Shown here: positions 16,853 through 26,681 of the stretch, piece by piece
Numbering within the stretch: position 1 is the first letter of the stretch
Layout: each line of letters begins with the position of its first letter
Assembly: GCA_965223845.1 (NCBI GenBank)
Contig: CBDCXR010000004.1
Location: forward strand, 7,424,001 to 7,488,000
Origin: Planctomycetota bacterium
GTDB taxonomy: Bacteria; Planctomycetota; UBA8108; SXIK01
Reading direction: 5' to 3'
Length of the DNA stretch: 64,000 nucleotides
Program-made: the position numbers and the translations under genes
The notes under the pieces: generated by a model
The model's database searches: none
The model's input: the letters and a program-made list of their open reading frames with translations, nothing else
Told to the model about the DNA's origin: nothing

Positions 16853-18805
16853 CTACTCGCGCGCGGCGCTGCGGTCCGTCTCGGGTGGGAGGAGCACGTA
16901 CGCCGTCCCGCCGCGATCGAGCCACGCGCGTTCGAGCTCGGGCCGGAGGTAGGTCGTCCGGCCGGACGCGGCGTCCGCGGCCGCCGGATCGTTCACGTGA
17001 ACGTTCTCGTCGCCGTCGAATCCCGTTACGACGAGGAGATGCCCGCCGGGGTAGGCGTGGGGCGCTCCCGCGAGCTCACCATCCTTCGTGCGAATGCTGA
17101 TGACGAGCGGCTGGTCGTTCGCGATCGACTGCTCGACCTCGCGCCACGAACCGAAGCGCGCAACGTACCCTGGGACACCGAACGAGAAGGCCCCTTGCAC
17201 GGCGCGCGGCCAGTTGCCGTAGATATCGTGTCGACCGTCGAAGATTCGCTCGGCAACTCGCGCCGTCGGGACGTTGCGACCGTGGTACGCGAGGAGCATC
17301 GCAACGGACGTCGGGCTGCAGATGCGGTGTGCGATCTTCGGGTCTTCGGTCTTCTGCGAGCGGTAGGGGACGGAAAGGCGGCGCGTCCACGTGCTCCGTT
17401 TTGGTCGAGGAGCGGGTGGATCGTCGCCGCCGAGCGGAATGCCGGTCGAATTCGTGAGTGCGAGGGCGATGCGATGGATCGGAAAGCCCGAGCGTCCGGG
17501 TGAACTCTTCGTGAGCGCGGTCCCGAGGAGCGTGACGCGGTACTGCAGCTCGCGGTGCGGACTGTTCGCCCGGTAGTAGTCGATTTCGACGCTTCCTCCC
17601 GTCCACTTCGTTACCTGCGTGGTGTCCCGTTCGAGCCGCCCCCACTCGCCGACCGCGAGATAGGGAGACCAGGTATCTCCGGACTTCACGCGAAGCTCGA
17701 CGAGGAATCCGCTCCCCGTCGGCGCTTCGATGTTCCACGAAGGCAGGACCTCGCTGAACGGATGGGGCGTCGTGATCGTCGGAGATTCGTATTCCGCGCG
17801 GGCCGCGCCCTCGCCAACGGTCCAGTGACCGGCCGCGAGCTCGTCTCTCGAATGAATGATGAGATCGTGGCGAAAGCGGCGATGAGGTCGCGGCGATCCC
17901 GCAAGTGTGTCGTCGATCGCGCTCGCGATTTGGGCGAGATACTCGCCGCCGGCCGGGTGGCGGACCATTCCGGCGAGAAGATAGACCCGTTCGCCGTTTC
18001 GAACGCGGGCCGTGTCGAGGTGCCAGTCCTCCCAAAGTCCGTTCTTCCGCAAGACGGAGACGCCGCGCCCGCGAAGTCCGCGGACGAAGTTGTCGTCGTG
18101 AAACTCGAGCGCGGGCGAAGCGAACACTCGGCGCATCGCCGCTGCGGCGCGCGGGTGAACGAGGTCGCCCCGCTCGAGGAACAGGTAATACCGGAGACAC
18201 TGCCTCACCGTCGCCGCGTGCGAGTGTCCGCCGACGGGCTCGACCGTCCGTGGCTCGCCGATTCCGTAGTGCTTTCCCGACCACAGCCCACCGCCGGTGG
18301 TCGCGTCGTAGAAGCGATATCGCGGCGATGTTTGGAGCGCCTGGATCGCTTCGAGACCGACGAGCTGGCTGTACTTCGCCGCGAGCTCGTTGCTCGATCG
18401 TTTGATGACGAGTCCGAGCTCGCGCTCGACCTCGGAGCTCAGTTTCGCCTCGGCGCCGCCGAATCGCTCGAAGTAGGCCGCGAGAATGCAGATTTTCGGG
18501 ACGCTCGCGCCGTAGAAGATCGCGTCCGGGCGAAGCCAGGCGACGCGTGGCCGGGTGAGGTCGACCACGCCGATCGCACGAGACTGCGGCTCGACGGCGA
18601 GCTTCTCGCGGATGCGCTGGTCGGCGGCTTCGAGAGCGCGTTGAAGCTCCGGGTCGACAGGCGTATCGGGGACGAGCTCGAGCGTTTCGATCCCCGGCAG
18701 GGAGATCTCGTCCCGTTCGCCCGCGAGGGCGCGCTCACCGGCGCCGAGCAAGCCGGCGAGGACCGCGAAGACGACGGAGGTGCGCAGTTTGAAGGCGCCG
18801 ATCAT
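16853..18805 (-). CDS. Fusion of class A beta-lactamase-like serine hydrolase and C39-like cysteine peptidase
   Basis: Signal peptide; ASVPK (SxxK), SSN (SxN), KNG; then VPYRSQ..ICSPTS..GHLLVVTGFD..VNDPA (Q/C/H/D). Confidence 0.85.
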   Translation of the reverse strand: MIGAFKLRTSVVFAVLAGLLGAGERALAGERDEISLPGIETLELVPDTPVDPELQRALEAADQRIREKLAVEPQSRAIGVVDLTRPRVAWLRPDAIFYGASVPKICILAAYFERFGGAEAKLSSEVERELGLVIKRSSNELAAKYSQLVGLEAIQALQTSPRYRFYDATTGGGLWSGKHYGIGEPRTVEPVGGHSHAATVRQCLRYYLFLERGDLVHPRAAAAMRRVFASPALEFHDDNFVRGLRGRGVSVLRKNGLWEDWHLDTARVRNGERVYLLAGMVRHPAGGEYLAQIASAIDDTLAGSPRPHRRFRHDLIIHSRDELAAGHWTVGEGAARAEYESPTITTPHPFSEVLPSWNIEAPTGSGFLVELRVKSGDTWSPYLAVGEWGRLERDTTQVTKWTGGSVEIDYYRANSPHRELQYRVTLLGTALTKSSPGRSGFPIHRIALALTNSTGIPLGGDDPPAPRPKRSTWTRRLSVPYRSQKTEDPKIAHRICSPTSVAMLLAYHGRNVPTARVAERIFDGRHDIYGNWPRAVQGAFSFGVPGYVARFGSWREVEQSIANDQPLVISIRTKDGELAGAPHAYPGGHLLVVTGFDGDENVHVNDPAAADAASGRTTYLRPELERAWLDRGGTAYVLLPPETDRSAARE

Positions 18806-19072
18806 GCGAGCCGTTCCTTCCCGATGAATTGCGGCGTCATCGTCGGGGCGATCGGTGCTCCCGTCAACAAACCGGACAGCCGATGGCAGCTTCGACCGGA
18901 TCACGCGAGGTCAGGTTTTTTCCTAGAAACGTCGCGCAAGAGTGATCGTCCCCTTGGATGATCCGCGCGCGGTTTCGGCCGCCGATATGGTAGAACTCCG
19001 GTCGCGGCCGAGGTATGGCCGGTCGAGACTCGGAATCGGTACTACCCATCGAAGGAAAGAGGAGGCCGCAGA

Positions 19073-19723
19073 ATGGCCGACAGCGTGAGCCCGGCGCCCA
19101 AAAGGTCGTACTCGAAGCGACGGGGCTGCTTCACGATGGTCCTCGTCACCCTCCTCGTCCTCGTGATCGGTGGCGTGGGGCTCATCTGGTACATCAATCG
19201 ATTCATCGACGACGCTCCGCGCGAGCTGCCGTCCGTCGCGGCCGATCCCGTGGTCGCGAAAGACGTGAGAGCGCGTTGGGACCAATTCGACGCCGAGCTC
19301 AAATCCGACCAACCGGCATCGCCGTTCTCCGTCACGCTCGACGAGGTGAACACGCTCATCCAGACCGATCCCGAATTCGAGACGGCACGCGGTAAGGTGT
19401 TTTTTCGTGCGGAGGACGATCACATCGTTGCCGAACTCAGCCTTCCGCTCGAAGAGCTCGGGGCTGGCGCAAAGGGCTATTTCAACGGCTCGATCGTGTT
19501 CGACGCCGAGGTCGGAGCGGACGGCCGGCTCGAGGTGCAGCCCATCGCGATTCGGGCGCCGGACGGCGCATCCGTGCCGGAGGTTCTCCTTCGCTCGATC
19601 GATCCCCAGGAGCTCGCGGATCGCTTCGCGGAAAGTCCCGAGGTGATCGAGCACTTGAAGAAGATCGGCAGCATCACGATCGAAGACGGCAAGGTCGTCA
19701 TTACGCCGCGCGCTTCTGAGTAG
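19073..19723 (+). CDS. Hypothetical membrane-anchored protein
   Basis: GAGGAGG RBS; KRRGCF followed by a TM helix; beta-rich C-terminus (SITIEDGKVVITP). Confidence 0.75.
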   Translation: MADSVSPAPKRSYSKRRGCFTMVLVTLLVLVIGGVGLIWYINRFIDDAPRELPSVAADPVVAKDVRARWDQFDAELKSDQPASPFSVTLDEVNTLIQTDPEFETARGKVFFRAEDDHIVAELSLPLEELGAGAKGYFNGSIVFDAEVGADGRLEVQPIAIRAPDGASVPEVLLRSIDPQELADRFAESPEVIEHLKKIGSITIEDGKVVITPRASE

Positions 19724-19761
19724 GACGATCGGGGTCGGGAAGAACGAGTCTCCATTGCATC

Positions 19762-19804
19762 GCCTCTTCGTTGGCCACCACCGGTCCGACGGAGAGGCTT
19801 TTTT
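19762..19804 (+). terminator. Rho-independent terminator
   Basis: GCCTCTTCGTTGG / CCGACGGAGAGGC stem followed by TTTTTT. Confidence 0.8.
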
Positions 19805-19821
19805 GTCGGTCGAGCGATCAC

Positions 19822-19863
19822 AAAAAAAACCGGCGACGATCCTCGCGTGGATCGTCGCCGGTT
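19822..19863 (-). terminator. Rho-independent terminator
   Basis: AACCGGCGACGATCC / GGATCGTCGCCGGTT stem with A8 on the plus strand (U-tract on minus). Confidence 0.85.
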
Positions 19864-19880
19864 GAGTGCGCTCGGCTCGG

Positions 19881-21011
19881 CTAGAGCTCGAACGCGTACC
19901 CGAGCGAGGCGAGATAGAGGGTGTCGCTCCGCCGCCGTCCCGGGGCCGGGGTGTTGTCCCAGCGCCACTGAACCGAGAACGCGGCGAAGAACCCGTTCCA
20001 AATCGTTAGGCGGACGCCCTGGTGCGTGATGATGTAGATGTCCTTGCCGTGCTCGAGGCTCGGAAAGCCCTCGTGGTTGTGAAAGATCGTGACTTTTCCG
20101 TCGACGACTTCCCAGTCGAGCCGAAAGGCCCACCGGGCCGTGACGAACTCGTCGTCGTTCGCGCCGCCGTCGTAGTCCTCACTGAAGTAGGCGACACCAC
20201 CCTCAACGTACGAATCGAGGCCGGCGAACATGCCGTCGAAATCGCCCTTGTTGACGAGCTGGTAGCCGAGACCGGCACTGAGAGCGGTCCGGAGCTTGAG
20301 GTCCTGGAAGCTGTCGCCCTCGAAGAGCGAGGAAGCGTAAATGAACAGGCGCTCGGTGACGAAGAAATCGTACTTGAGCTGACCGCGCGCGTTTCTCGCC
20401 GTGACCGAGCCGGTGTCTTCGGCGTAGTTGTACGCGCCGCTCGCCGTGAAGCGTTGGCGCAGATTGCGAGCGATGAATTCGCCGCTCACGCTGCCCGTCT
20501 TCGTGCGCGTGTTGCCGTCGTTGATCGAACCGCCGGCCTGAATGAGTCCGGTGTAGGTGGTCCCCGCTGGCGGGGGGGGATTGATCGCGGCGACCGCGGT
20601 CAGGGGGACCGAGATCGGTTCCGAGGCGTCGTCTACCGTGACGTTCAGATGGCCGTCGGTTCCCGGCGAAACCGTTCCGTTCAGCTCCGAACCGCCCTCG
20701 AGAAGAAGCCGGAGCTTCATCTTCGAGTCGATGCTCTTTACCTGCGAATAGTCGATCGGGACATCGCCCGCAAACTTGGTCTTCACATTGAGCGTGCCGT
20801 CGCCCATGTCGACCACGTCGCCCTGAACCTCGCTCCCGTCGTTGAGCTGAATCGTCGTCGGCTCCGGCGGTGCTTCGGGAGTGGCATCACCGTCCTGGCT
20901 CGCGAGCGGGCCGGTTGCCACGACCACGGCGACCGCGATGAAGGCGGCGAACGAGCGCCGGCGGCGTGCGCCTCTGAGGGGGCTTTGGTCCAATGCGTAT
21001 CGATCCTGCAT
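19881..21011 (-). CDS. DUF481 (YdiY-like) outer-membrane beta-barrel protein
   Basis: Signal peptide, IQLNDGSEVQG N-domain, GNT, DSFQDLKLRT..GLGYQ, WDNTPAPG..D, terminal LGYAF. Confidence 0.85.
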   Translation of the reverse strand: MQDRYALDQSPLRGARRRRSFAAFIAVAVVVATGPLASQDGDATPEAPPEPTTIQLNDGSEVQGDVVDMGDGTLNVKTKFAGDVPIDYSQVKSIDSKMKLRLLLEGGSELNGTVSPGTDGHLNVTVDDASEPISVPLTAVAAINPPPPAGTTYTGLIQAGGSINDGNTRTKTGSVSGEFIARNLRQRFTASGAYNYAEDTGSVTARNARGQLKYDFFVTERLFIYASSLFEGDSFQDLKLRTALSAGLGYQLVNKGDFDGMFAGLDSYVEGGVAYFSEDYDGGANDDEFVTARWAFRLDWEVVDGKVTIFHNHEGFPSLEHGKDIYIITHQGVRLTIWNGFFAAFSVQWRWDNTPAPGRRRSDTLYLASLGYAFEL

Positions 21012-21049
21012 CGTCTACAGACTCCATCCGAGTTCGTGCTGCCCGCGAG

Positions 21050-22345
21050 CTACTTCTTGACTGCGTAGAGTGCCCGCTTCGTGCGAAAGAAAAACTGACC
21101 CTCACTGACCGCAGGGGTCGCCATCGTCGTCTCTTCGAAGTGACTCTCGCCGACGACGCGAAACGTGTCGTCCGCGGCGAGCGCTTTGCATTCACCGTCG
21201 ACGCTCGTGAAGTACACTTTGCCGTCTCCGGCGACGGGAGACGATTTGACGTCGCCCCGAAAGAGCCGCTCTTCCCACAAGACGTTCCCGTTTTCTGCGT
21301 TGAGACAGGTCGCGATGCCGTTGTCGCGAATCATGTAGACCCGGTCGTCCAAACAGACCGGGGTCGAGCAATCAGGTGCGTATTTCCCGTCGTAGGTCCA
21401 GTCGTGATGGCTCTTCGTGACATCACCTTTCCCGCCGACCCGGACCGCGCGGACGTGCCCCTGACCGCGGAAACCCGACGCGACCGCGAAAAACCGGCCG
21501 CTGCCGAACGTTGGGGACGCGATCGTCCGTCCGTAGGGGTGCGACACCTGGAGGCCGCTGCTCACCCAGAGTTCTTCGCCGGATTTCGGACGGTAGGCGT
21601 TGATATGGTCCGCGCCGGCGACGACGAGCTGTGCGCCGCCGTCCACGTTGACGATGAGCGGAGTCGAGTACGAGTCGCGCGCTTCACCCTTGGACTTTAG
21701 GTCGCGCTCGCGTTTCCACGCTTCATCGCCCGTGTTCTCATCGACGGCGAGAACGTACGACGGACCCTGATCCATGCAGACGACGAACACTCGGCCGTCG
21801 TGGCGGACGGGCGAACTCCCCATCCCCCACTGGATGCTGTACTTTCCGAGATCCTTCTGCAGATCGTGCTCCCACACCGTCTTGCCGCTCGCATCGAGGC
21901 AGACGAAGAGTCCCGTTCCGAAGAGCGCCCAAACGCGTTTGCCATCGGAGACCGGAGTCGGCGACGCCATGTTGTGAAGCTTGTGCGCCTTCTGCGATCC
22001 CTGACCGACGCGGCGGGTCCAGAGAGGATCGCCGGATGCGCGATCGATCGCGACGACGTGGAGACTCGAGTCCTCCGTTTGCGTCGTCAAGTAGATGCGG
22101 CCTCCGGCGACGATCGGAGACGAGTTTCCCCAGCCGTCGATCGGCCGTCGCCACGCGATGTCCTCCTTCGACCACGACGCGCGGAGCTTGGTTCCCTCGG
22201 GAGCGAGACCGAGTCCGCCGGGACCTCGCCAGCGCGGCCAGTCGTCGGGAGCGCCGCACGCGGGACGAGTTGCCGCGAAGATGATCAACGCGCTCGCGAG
22301 CGCGTTCCGACTCAAGTGAAGCTTCCACCGATGAGACGATCGCAT
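21050..22345 (-). CDS. PQQ-like beta-propeller repeat protein
   Basis: DWPRWRGP, SSPIV, ASPTPVSDG, SSPV, ATPAV repeats. Confidence 0.9.
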   Translation of the reverse strand: MRSSHRWKLHLSRNALASALIIFAATRPACGAPDDWPRWRGPGGLGLAPEGTKLRASWSKEDIAWRRPIDGWGNSSPIVAGGRIYLTTQTEDSSLHVVAIDRASGDPLWTRRVGQGSQKAHKLHNMASPTPVSDGKRVWALFGTGLFVCLDASGKTVWEHDLQKDLGKYSIQWGMGSSPVRHDGRVFVVCMDQGPSYVLAVDENTGDEAWKRERDLKSKGEARDSYSTPLIVNVDGGAQLVVAGADHINAYRPKSGEELWVSSGLQVSHPYGRTIASPTFGSGRFFAVASGFRGQGHVRAVRVGGKGDVTKSHHDWTYDGKYAPDCSTPVCLDDRVYMIRDNGIATCLNAENGNVLWEERLFRGDVKSSPVAGDGKVYFTSVDGECKALAADDTFRVVGESHFEETTMATPAVSEGQFFFRTKRALYAVKK

Positions 22346-22667
22346 CGTCCAGCCCTCATTCGTTACGATACGTACCTTCAGCCCGCCTGCGCGAACTCGA
22401 AAGCTCACGCGTTGGCCGCCCGTGGAAAACGTTCTCGGAGCCGAGTGTCTCGGCCGAAAGAGTGTTTTCAACGGGTGGCTAGGTCGCTCATCAGGGTTTG
22501 CCCGCTCGGATCTGTCAAGTGCTCCGACACCGATTCAGCGGCGGTCCGTATCGTGCCCCCGCAGAGGAGGGAGACGAGATCAGGAATCTCCCGAGGCCGT
22601 CTCGGTGCCGGTTCACGTCATCCGCGGGGTGGCTCGCCGCGCGCCTTTTGCTTGGAGAATCAGCTCG

Positions 22668-24104
22668 ATGAATCACTCGCTCGTCGAATCGAGGGACGTT
22701 CCGATACTGCTTCGCCGCCGCCTGGCCTCGACGCTTTCGGCCGTCCTTGCTTGCGCGATCGTCGCCGGATCACTGCGCGCGGAAGACGCGACGAACTGGC
22801 CGCAGTTTCGGGGCGCGGACTCGCGCGGGGTGTCAACGTCGGACGCGCTTCCCCACGAATGGGATCGCGAGAAGAACGTCCGCTGGGTGATCGATGTCCC
22901 GGGCCGCGGGTGGTCGTCGCCGATCGTGTGGGGAGAGCGTGTCTTTCTCACGACGGCGGTGGCCGATTCGCCTCCGGAGGAAGCGCGAAAGGGACTCTAC
23001 TTCGGCGGTGAACGACCGCGCCGGGACGTCGAGCACCAGTGGCTCGTGATGTGTCTCGATGCCGGGACGGGCCGTCTGCGCTGGATCGAGAAGGTTCACG
23101 AGGCGGTGCCGGCTGCGGGGATTCACATCAAGAGCACGTACGCGTCGGAGACGCCGGTGACCGATGGCGAGCGCGTCTACGCGTATTTCGGCAACGTGGG
23201 CCTCTTCGCTCTCGACATGGACGGCGATCCGGCCTGGGAGCGGCGCTGGCCGGCGGTGAAGACACGCCACGGGTGGGGGACCGCATCGTCACCGACGCTT
23301 CACCGCGGACGGATCTACATCGTCAACGACAACGACACCCAGTCCTATGTCGTCGCCCTCGACGCGAAGACGGGGCGCGACATCTGGCACATCGAGCGCG
23401 ACGAGAAGAGCAACTGGTCGACTCCATTTGTCTGGGAGGCCGGCGGGCGCACCGAAATCGTGACTCCGGGAACGGGGAAGGTCCGCTCCTACGGTGTCGA
23501 CGGCTCGGTTCTGTGGGAGCTCGCGGGGATGTCGTCGATCACGATCATGACTCCCTTCGCCGCTCACGGACTCCTCTACATCAGCTCCGGCTACGTCGGC
23601 GACCAGAACCGTCCGGTCTACGCGATTCGGCCTGGCGCGGAGGGTGATATTTCGCTCGAAGAAGGGGAGCGCTCGAACGCTTCGATCGCGTGGTGCGAGC
23701 GCAAGGCAGCGCCCTACAATCCATCGCCGATCGTCTACGGCGACTACCTCTACGTGCTCTACGATCGGGGCTTCTTCTTCTGTCACAATGCGAAGACCGG
23801 CGAGCTCGTCTACAAGAAGCGCCTCGCCGGAGACATCGGAGGATTCGGCGGCTTCACCTGCTCGCCGTGGGCCTACGGTGGGAGGGTGTTTTGCCTCAAC
23901 GAAGACGGTGAGACCTTCGTCGTCAAGGCGGGACCCGAGTACGAGCTCTTGGGGGTGAATCGCCTCGAGGAAATGGCGATGGCGACGCCGGCCATCGCCG
24001 GTGGACGCCTCTTCGTACGGACGCTCACGAAGCTGTACTGCATCGAGTCGGGCGGTGAGACGGGCGCCGACGGCGACGCCGGCCAGGACTCGGAGGACCG
24101 CTGA
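22668..24104 (+). CDS. PQQ-like beta-propeller repeat protein
   Basis: NWPQFRG, GWSSPIVWG, YASETPVTDG, WSTP, MATPAI repeats; GGAG RBS before ATG 22668. Confidence 0.9.
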   Translation: MNHSLVESRDVPILLRRRLASTLSAVLACAIVAGSLRAEDATNWPQFRGADSRGVSTSDALPHEWDREKNVRWVIDVPGRGWSSPIVWGERVFLTTAVADSPPEEARKGLYFGGERPRRDVEHQWLVMCLDAGTGRLRWIEKVHEAVPAAGIHIKSTYASETPVTDGERVYAYFGNVGLFALDMDGDPAWERRWPAVKTRHGWGTASSPTLHRGRIYIVNDNDTQSYVVALDAKTGRDIWHIERDEKSNWSTPFVWEAGGRTEIVTPGTGKVRSYGVDGSVLWELAGMSSITIMTPFAAHGLLYISSGYVGDQNRPVYAIRPGAEGDISLEEGERSNASIAWCERKAAPYNPSPIVYGDYLYVLYDRGFFFCHNAKTGELVYKKRLAGDIGGFGGFTCSPWAYGGRVFCLNEDGETFVVKAGPEYELLGVNRLEEMAMATPAIAGGRLFVRTLTKLYCIESGGETGADGDAGQDSEDR

Positions 24105-24117
24105 TCGATCGACGCCG

Positions 24118-25254
24118 TCAGGTTTTCATCGACGCGTGGACGTCCCGAATCGCTCCGAGCAGGGCGCGGATTTCGTTCGCGTCGATGCTCCCGATGTTCC
24201 CGATACGGAAGGTCGGGACGTCGGTGAGCTTCCCCGGATAGATGATGTAGCCGCACTCGTGCAGACGGTCGTAGAAGGCGGGGAAGTCGAACGAGGGGCT
24301 CGGGTAATGGAATGCCGTGATGATGTGGCTCTGGTCTCCCGGTGCTACGAACGGCTCGAAACCGAGCTCCGCCATTCCCTCGGTGAGGACGCGGTGATTC
24401 TCACGGTAGCGGGCCGAGCGCGCGGGGATTCCGCCTTCCGCGCGGAGCTCCTCGAGTGCGCGGCGAAAGGCGAGAAGGACGTGCGTCGGTGGGGTGTAGC
24501 GGAACTGTCCCGTCTTCTCCATGTAGGCCCACTGTCCGTAGAGATCAAGGCTGAGCGATCGGGCGTTTCCATTCGTCTCGGCCATCGCGTCGCGGCGGGA
24601 GAGCACGAACGAGAATCCGGGCGTGCCCTCGATGCACTTGTTCGCTGAGCCGACGAGGTGATCGATCGGTCCGGCGTCGAAGTCGGTCGCCTCGCCCGTT
24701 CCGATCGCGTACGCACCGAACGTCGAGATCGCGTCGACGATGAATCGACGCCCCGCCGAGGCCACGACGAGCCCGATCTCGCGGAGCGGGTGGATCACTC
24801 CCGTCGTCGTCTCGCAGTGGACGCAGACGACGTGAGAAATCGACGCGTCGGCCTGGAGCGCTCGGGCGACGGCTTCCGGTGAGTGCGGGCGGTTCTCCGG
24901 ATCGCGGTGAACGGAATGGGGGACGCCGAGCGTCTGAGCGATCAGGGCGGCGCGCTCGCCGTACGCGCCGTTTGCGAGCACGAGGAGCTTGCCGCCGGGC
25001 GGGACTGCTGCCCCGATGACCGACTCGACTCCGTAGGTTCCGCTTCCCTGAAGAAGCGTGCACGTGAGGTCAGCGCGATCTCCCGCGAGAGCGAGAAGGC
25101 CTCGGCGAATGTCCGCGACGACGTCGACGCAGTCGCGGTCCCACGAGCCGATGTCGAGAAGCATGGCTTCCCGAACGCTCCGCGTCGTCGTAAGCGGTCC
25201 GGGCGTGAAGAGAACGCGCTTCCCCGTCTCGTTCTTCGGTTCGAATTCGATCAT
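24118..25254 (-). CDS. phnW: 2-aminoethylphosphonate--pyruvate transaminase
   Basis: FTPGPLTT, LQGSGT, HCETTTG, DAISTFG, SANKCIEG (PLP Lys), QFRYTPPTH, IYPGK; ATGA overlap with phnY. Confidence 0.95.
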   Translation of the reverse strand: MIEFEPKNETGKRVLFTPGPLTTTRSVREAMLLDIGSWDRDCVDVVADIRRGLLALAGDRADLTCTLLQGSGTYGVESVIGAAVPPGGKLLVLANGAYGERAALIAQTLGVPHSVHRDPENRPHSPEAVARALQADASISHVVCVHCETTTGVIHPLREIGLVVASAGRRFIVDAISTFGAYAIGTGEATDFDAGPIDHLVGSANKCIEGTPGFSFVLSRRDAMAETNGNARSLSLDLYGQWAYMEKTGQFRYTPPTHVLLAFRRALEELRAEGGIPARSARYRENHRVLTEGMAELGFEPFVAPGDQSHIITAFHYPSPSFDFPAFYDRLHECGYIIYPGKLTDVPTFRIGNIGSIDANEIRALLGAIRDVHASMKT

Positions 25255-26681
25255 CGAATACCTGTCCACGGGAGGGAGAACGTCTTCACGTTCGTGAGCG
25301 ATTTGATCGACTCTATGACACCTTCTTTGATGCCGAGCCCCGAGTCTTTCACTCCGCCGAACGGCGAGCTCTCGATGCGGAATCCGGGAACTTCGTTCAC
25401 GTTGACGGTTCCGGTGCGAATGCGACGGATCGCCTCGAGCGCGGTCGAAAGACGTTCGGTGACGATCCCGCTCGAGAGCCCGTACGCCGTCGAGTTCGCG
25501 ACCGCGATCGCGTCGTCGAGATCGTCGACCGGTATGATCGGTGCGAGTGGACCGAATGCTTCGTGGACGACGAGCTCCGCGTCGCGCGGAACATCGGCGA
25601 GAACCGTGGGCTCCATCGTCGCGCCGCGGCGACCGCCGCCGAGAAGAATCTTCGCCCCGCGAGCGACCGCGAGCGCCACCTGTTCTTCGAGGTGCTTTGC
25701 GGAATCCTCATCGATCACCGTGCCGACGCGGGTCTCGGGATCGGTCGGGTCGCCGGTTCGGTACTCCTTCGCGCGCTCGACGAACCGAGTCGTGAACTCG
25801 TCGAGGATCGGTCGCTCGACGAGAATGCGCTTCACCGCGGTACACCGCTGTCCCGAGTTGCGGAAGCTCCCCTCGGCGGCGAGATGGACGGCGAGATCGG
25901 GGTCTGCGTCGCGGCAGACGATGAGAGGGGAGTTCCCCCCGAGCTCGAGAACGAGTTTTTTGTAGCCGCAGGACTCGGCGATGCGCTTTCCCACGGCGAC
26001 GCTTCCCGTGAAGCTCACTAGCTCGACGTCAGGATGCCGGACGAGCACCTCGGCGACTTCGTCGGTCGGTCCGAGAACGACGCTGAGCAACTCCCGCGGG
26101 AGGCCCGCGTCGTAGAGCAGCTCGGCCGCGCGGATCGCCGTGAGAGGAGTCTTCTCCGACGGCTTGAGAATCGTCGGTGCGCCGGCGGCGACGGCCGGCG
26201 CCACCTTGTGGAGCACTTGGTTGAGCGGGTGGTTGAACGGAGTGATCGCGACCGCGAGACGAACGGGCTCGCGCAGGGTGAAAATCTTCCGTGCCTTCCC
26301 CTGCGGCCCGATATCGCACGAAAAGACTTCGCCGTCGTCGTGGAGCGCTTCGATGGCCGCGAAGCGGAGTACGTCGAGCGCCCGGCCGACCTCGTACTGC
26401 GTCTCTCGGATGCAGAGTCCGGACTCTGAGGTGATGAGGGCAGCGAACTCGTCGCGACGCGCTTCGAGCGACTCACGCGCGCGTTCGAGCACGGCCTGCC
26501 GTTCGTAGCGGGTGAGCTCACAGCGCGCGGCGATCGCCGCGGCGACGGCGCGCTCCGTGATAGCGCGATCGACCGTTCCCACCCGGCCGACGACGGCGCC
26601 GCGGTAAGGATCGCGAACTTCGAGTCGAGCATCGGTGACCACCGGCGCGCCGGCGATGTAGCACGGGAGATCGAGAGTCAT
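25251..26681 (-). CDS. phnY: Phosphonoacetaldehyde dehydrogenase
   Basis: ALDH motifs ITPFNHPLNQ, LELGG, NSGQRCTA; FSCDI; lies between phnA and phnW. Confidence 0.92.
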   Translation of the reverse strand: MTLDLPCYIAGAPVVTDARLEVRDPYRGAVVGRVGTVDRAITERAVAAAIAARCELTRYERQAVLERARESLEARRDEFAALITSESGLCIRETQYEVGRALDVLRFAAIEALHDDGEVFSCDIGPQGKARKIFTLREPVRLAVAITPFNHPLNQVLHKVAPAVAAGAPTILKPSEKTPLTAIRAAELLYDAGLPRELLSVVLGPTDEVAEVLVRHPDVELVSFTGSVAVGKRIAESCGYKKLVLELGGNSPLIVCRDADPDLAVHLAAEGSFRNSGQRCTAVKRILVERPILDEFTTRFVERAKEYRTGDPTDPETRVGTVIDEDSAKHLEEQVALAVARGAKILLGGGRRGATMEPTVLADVPRDAELVVHEAFGPLAPIIPVDDLDDAIAVANSTAYGLSSGIVTERLSTALEAIRRIRTGTVNVNEVPGFRIESSPFGGVKDSGLGIKEGVIESIKSLTNVKTFSLPWTGIR

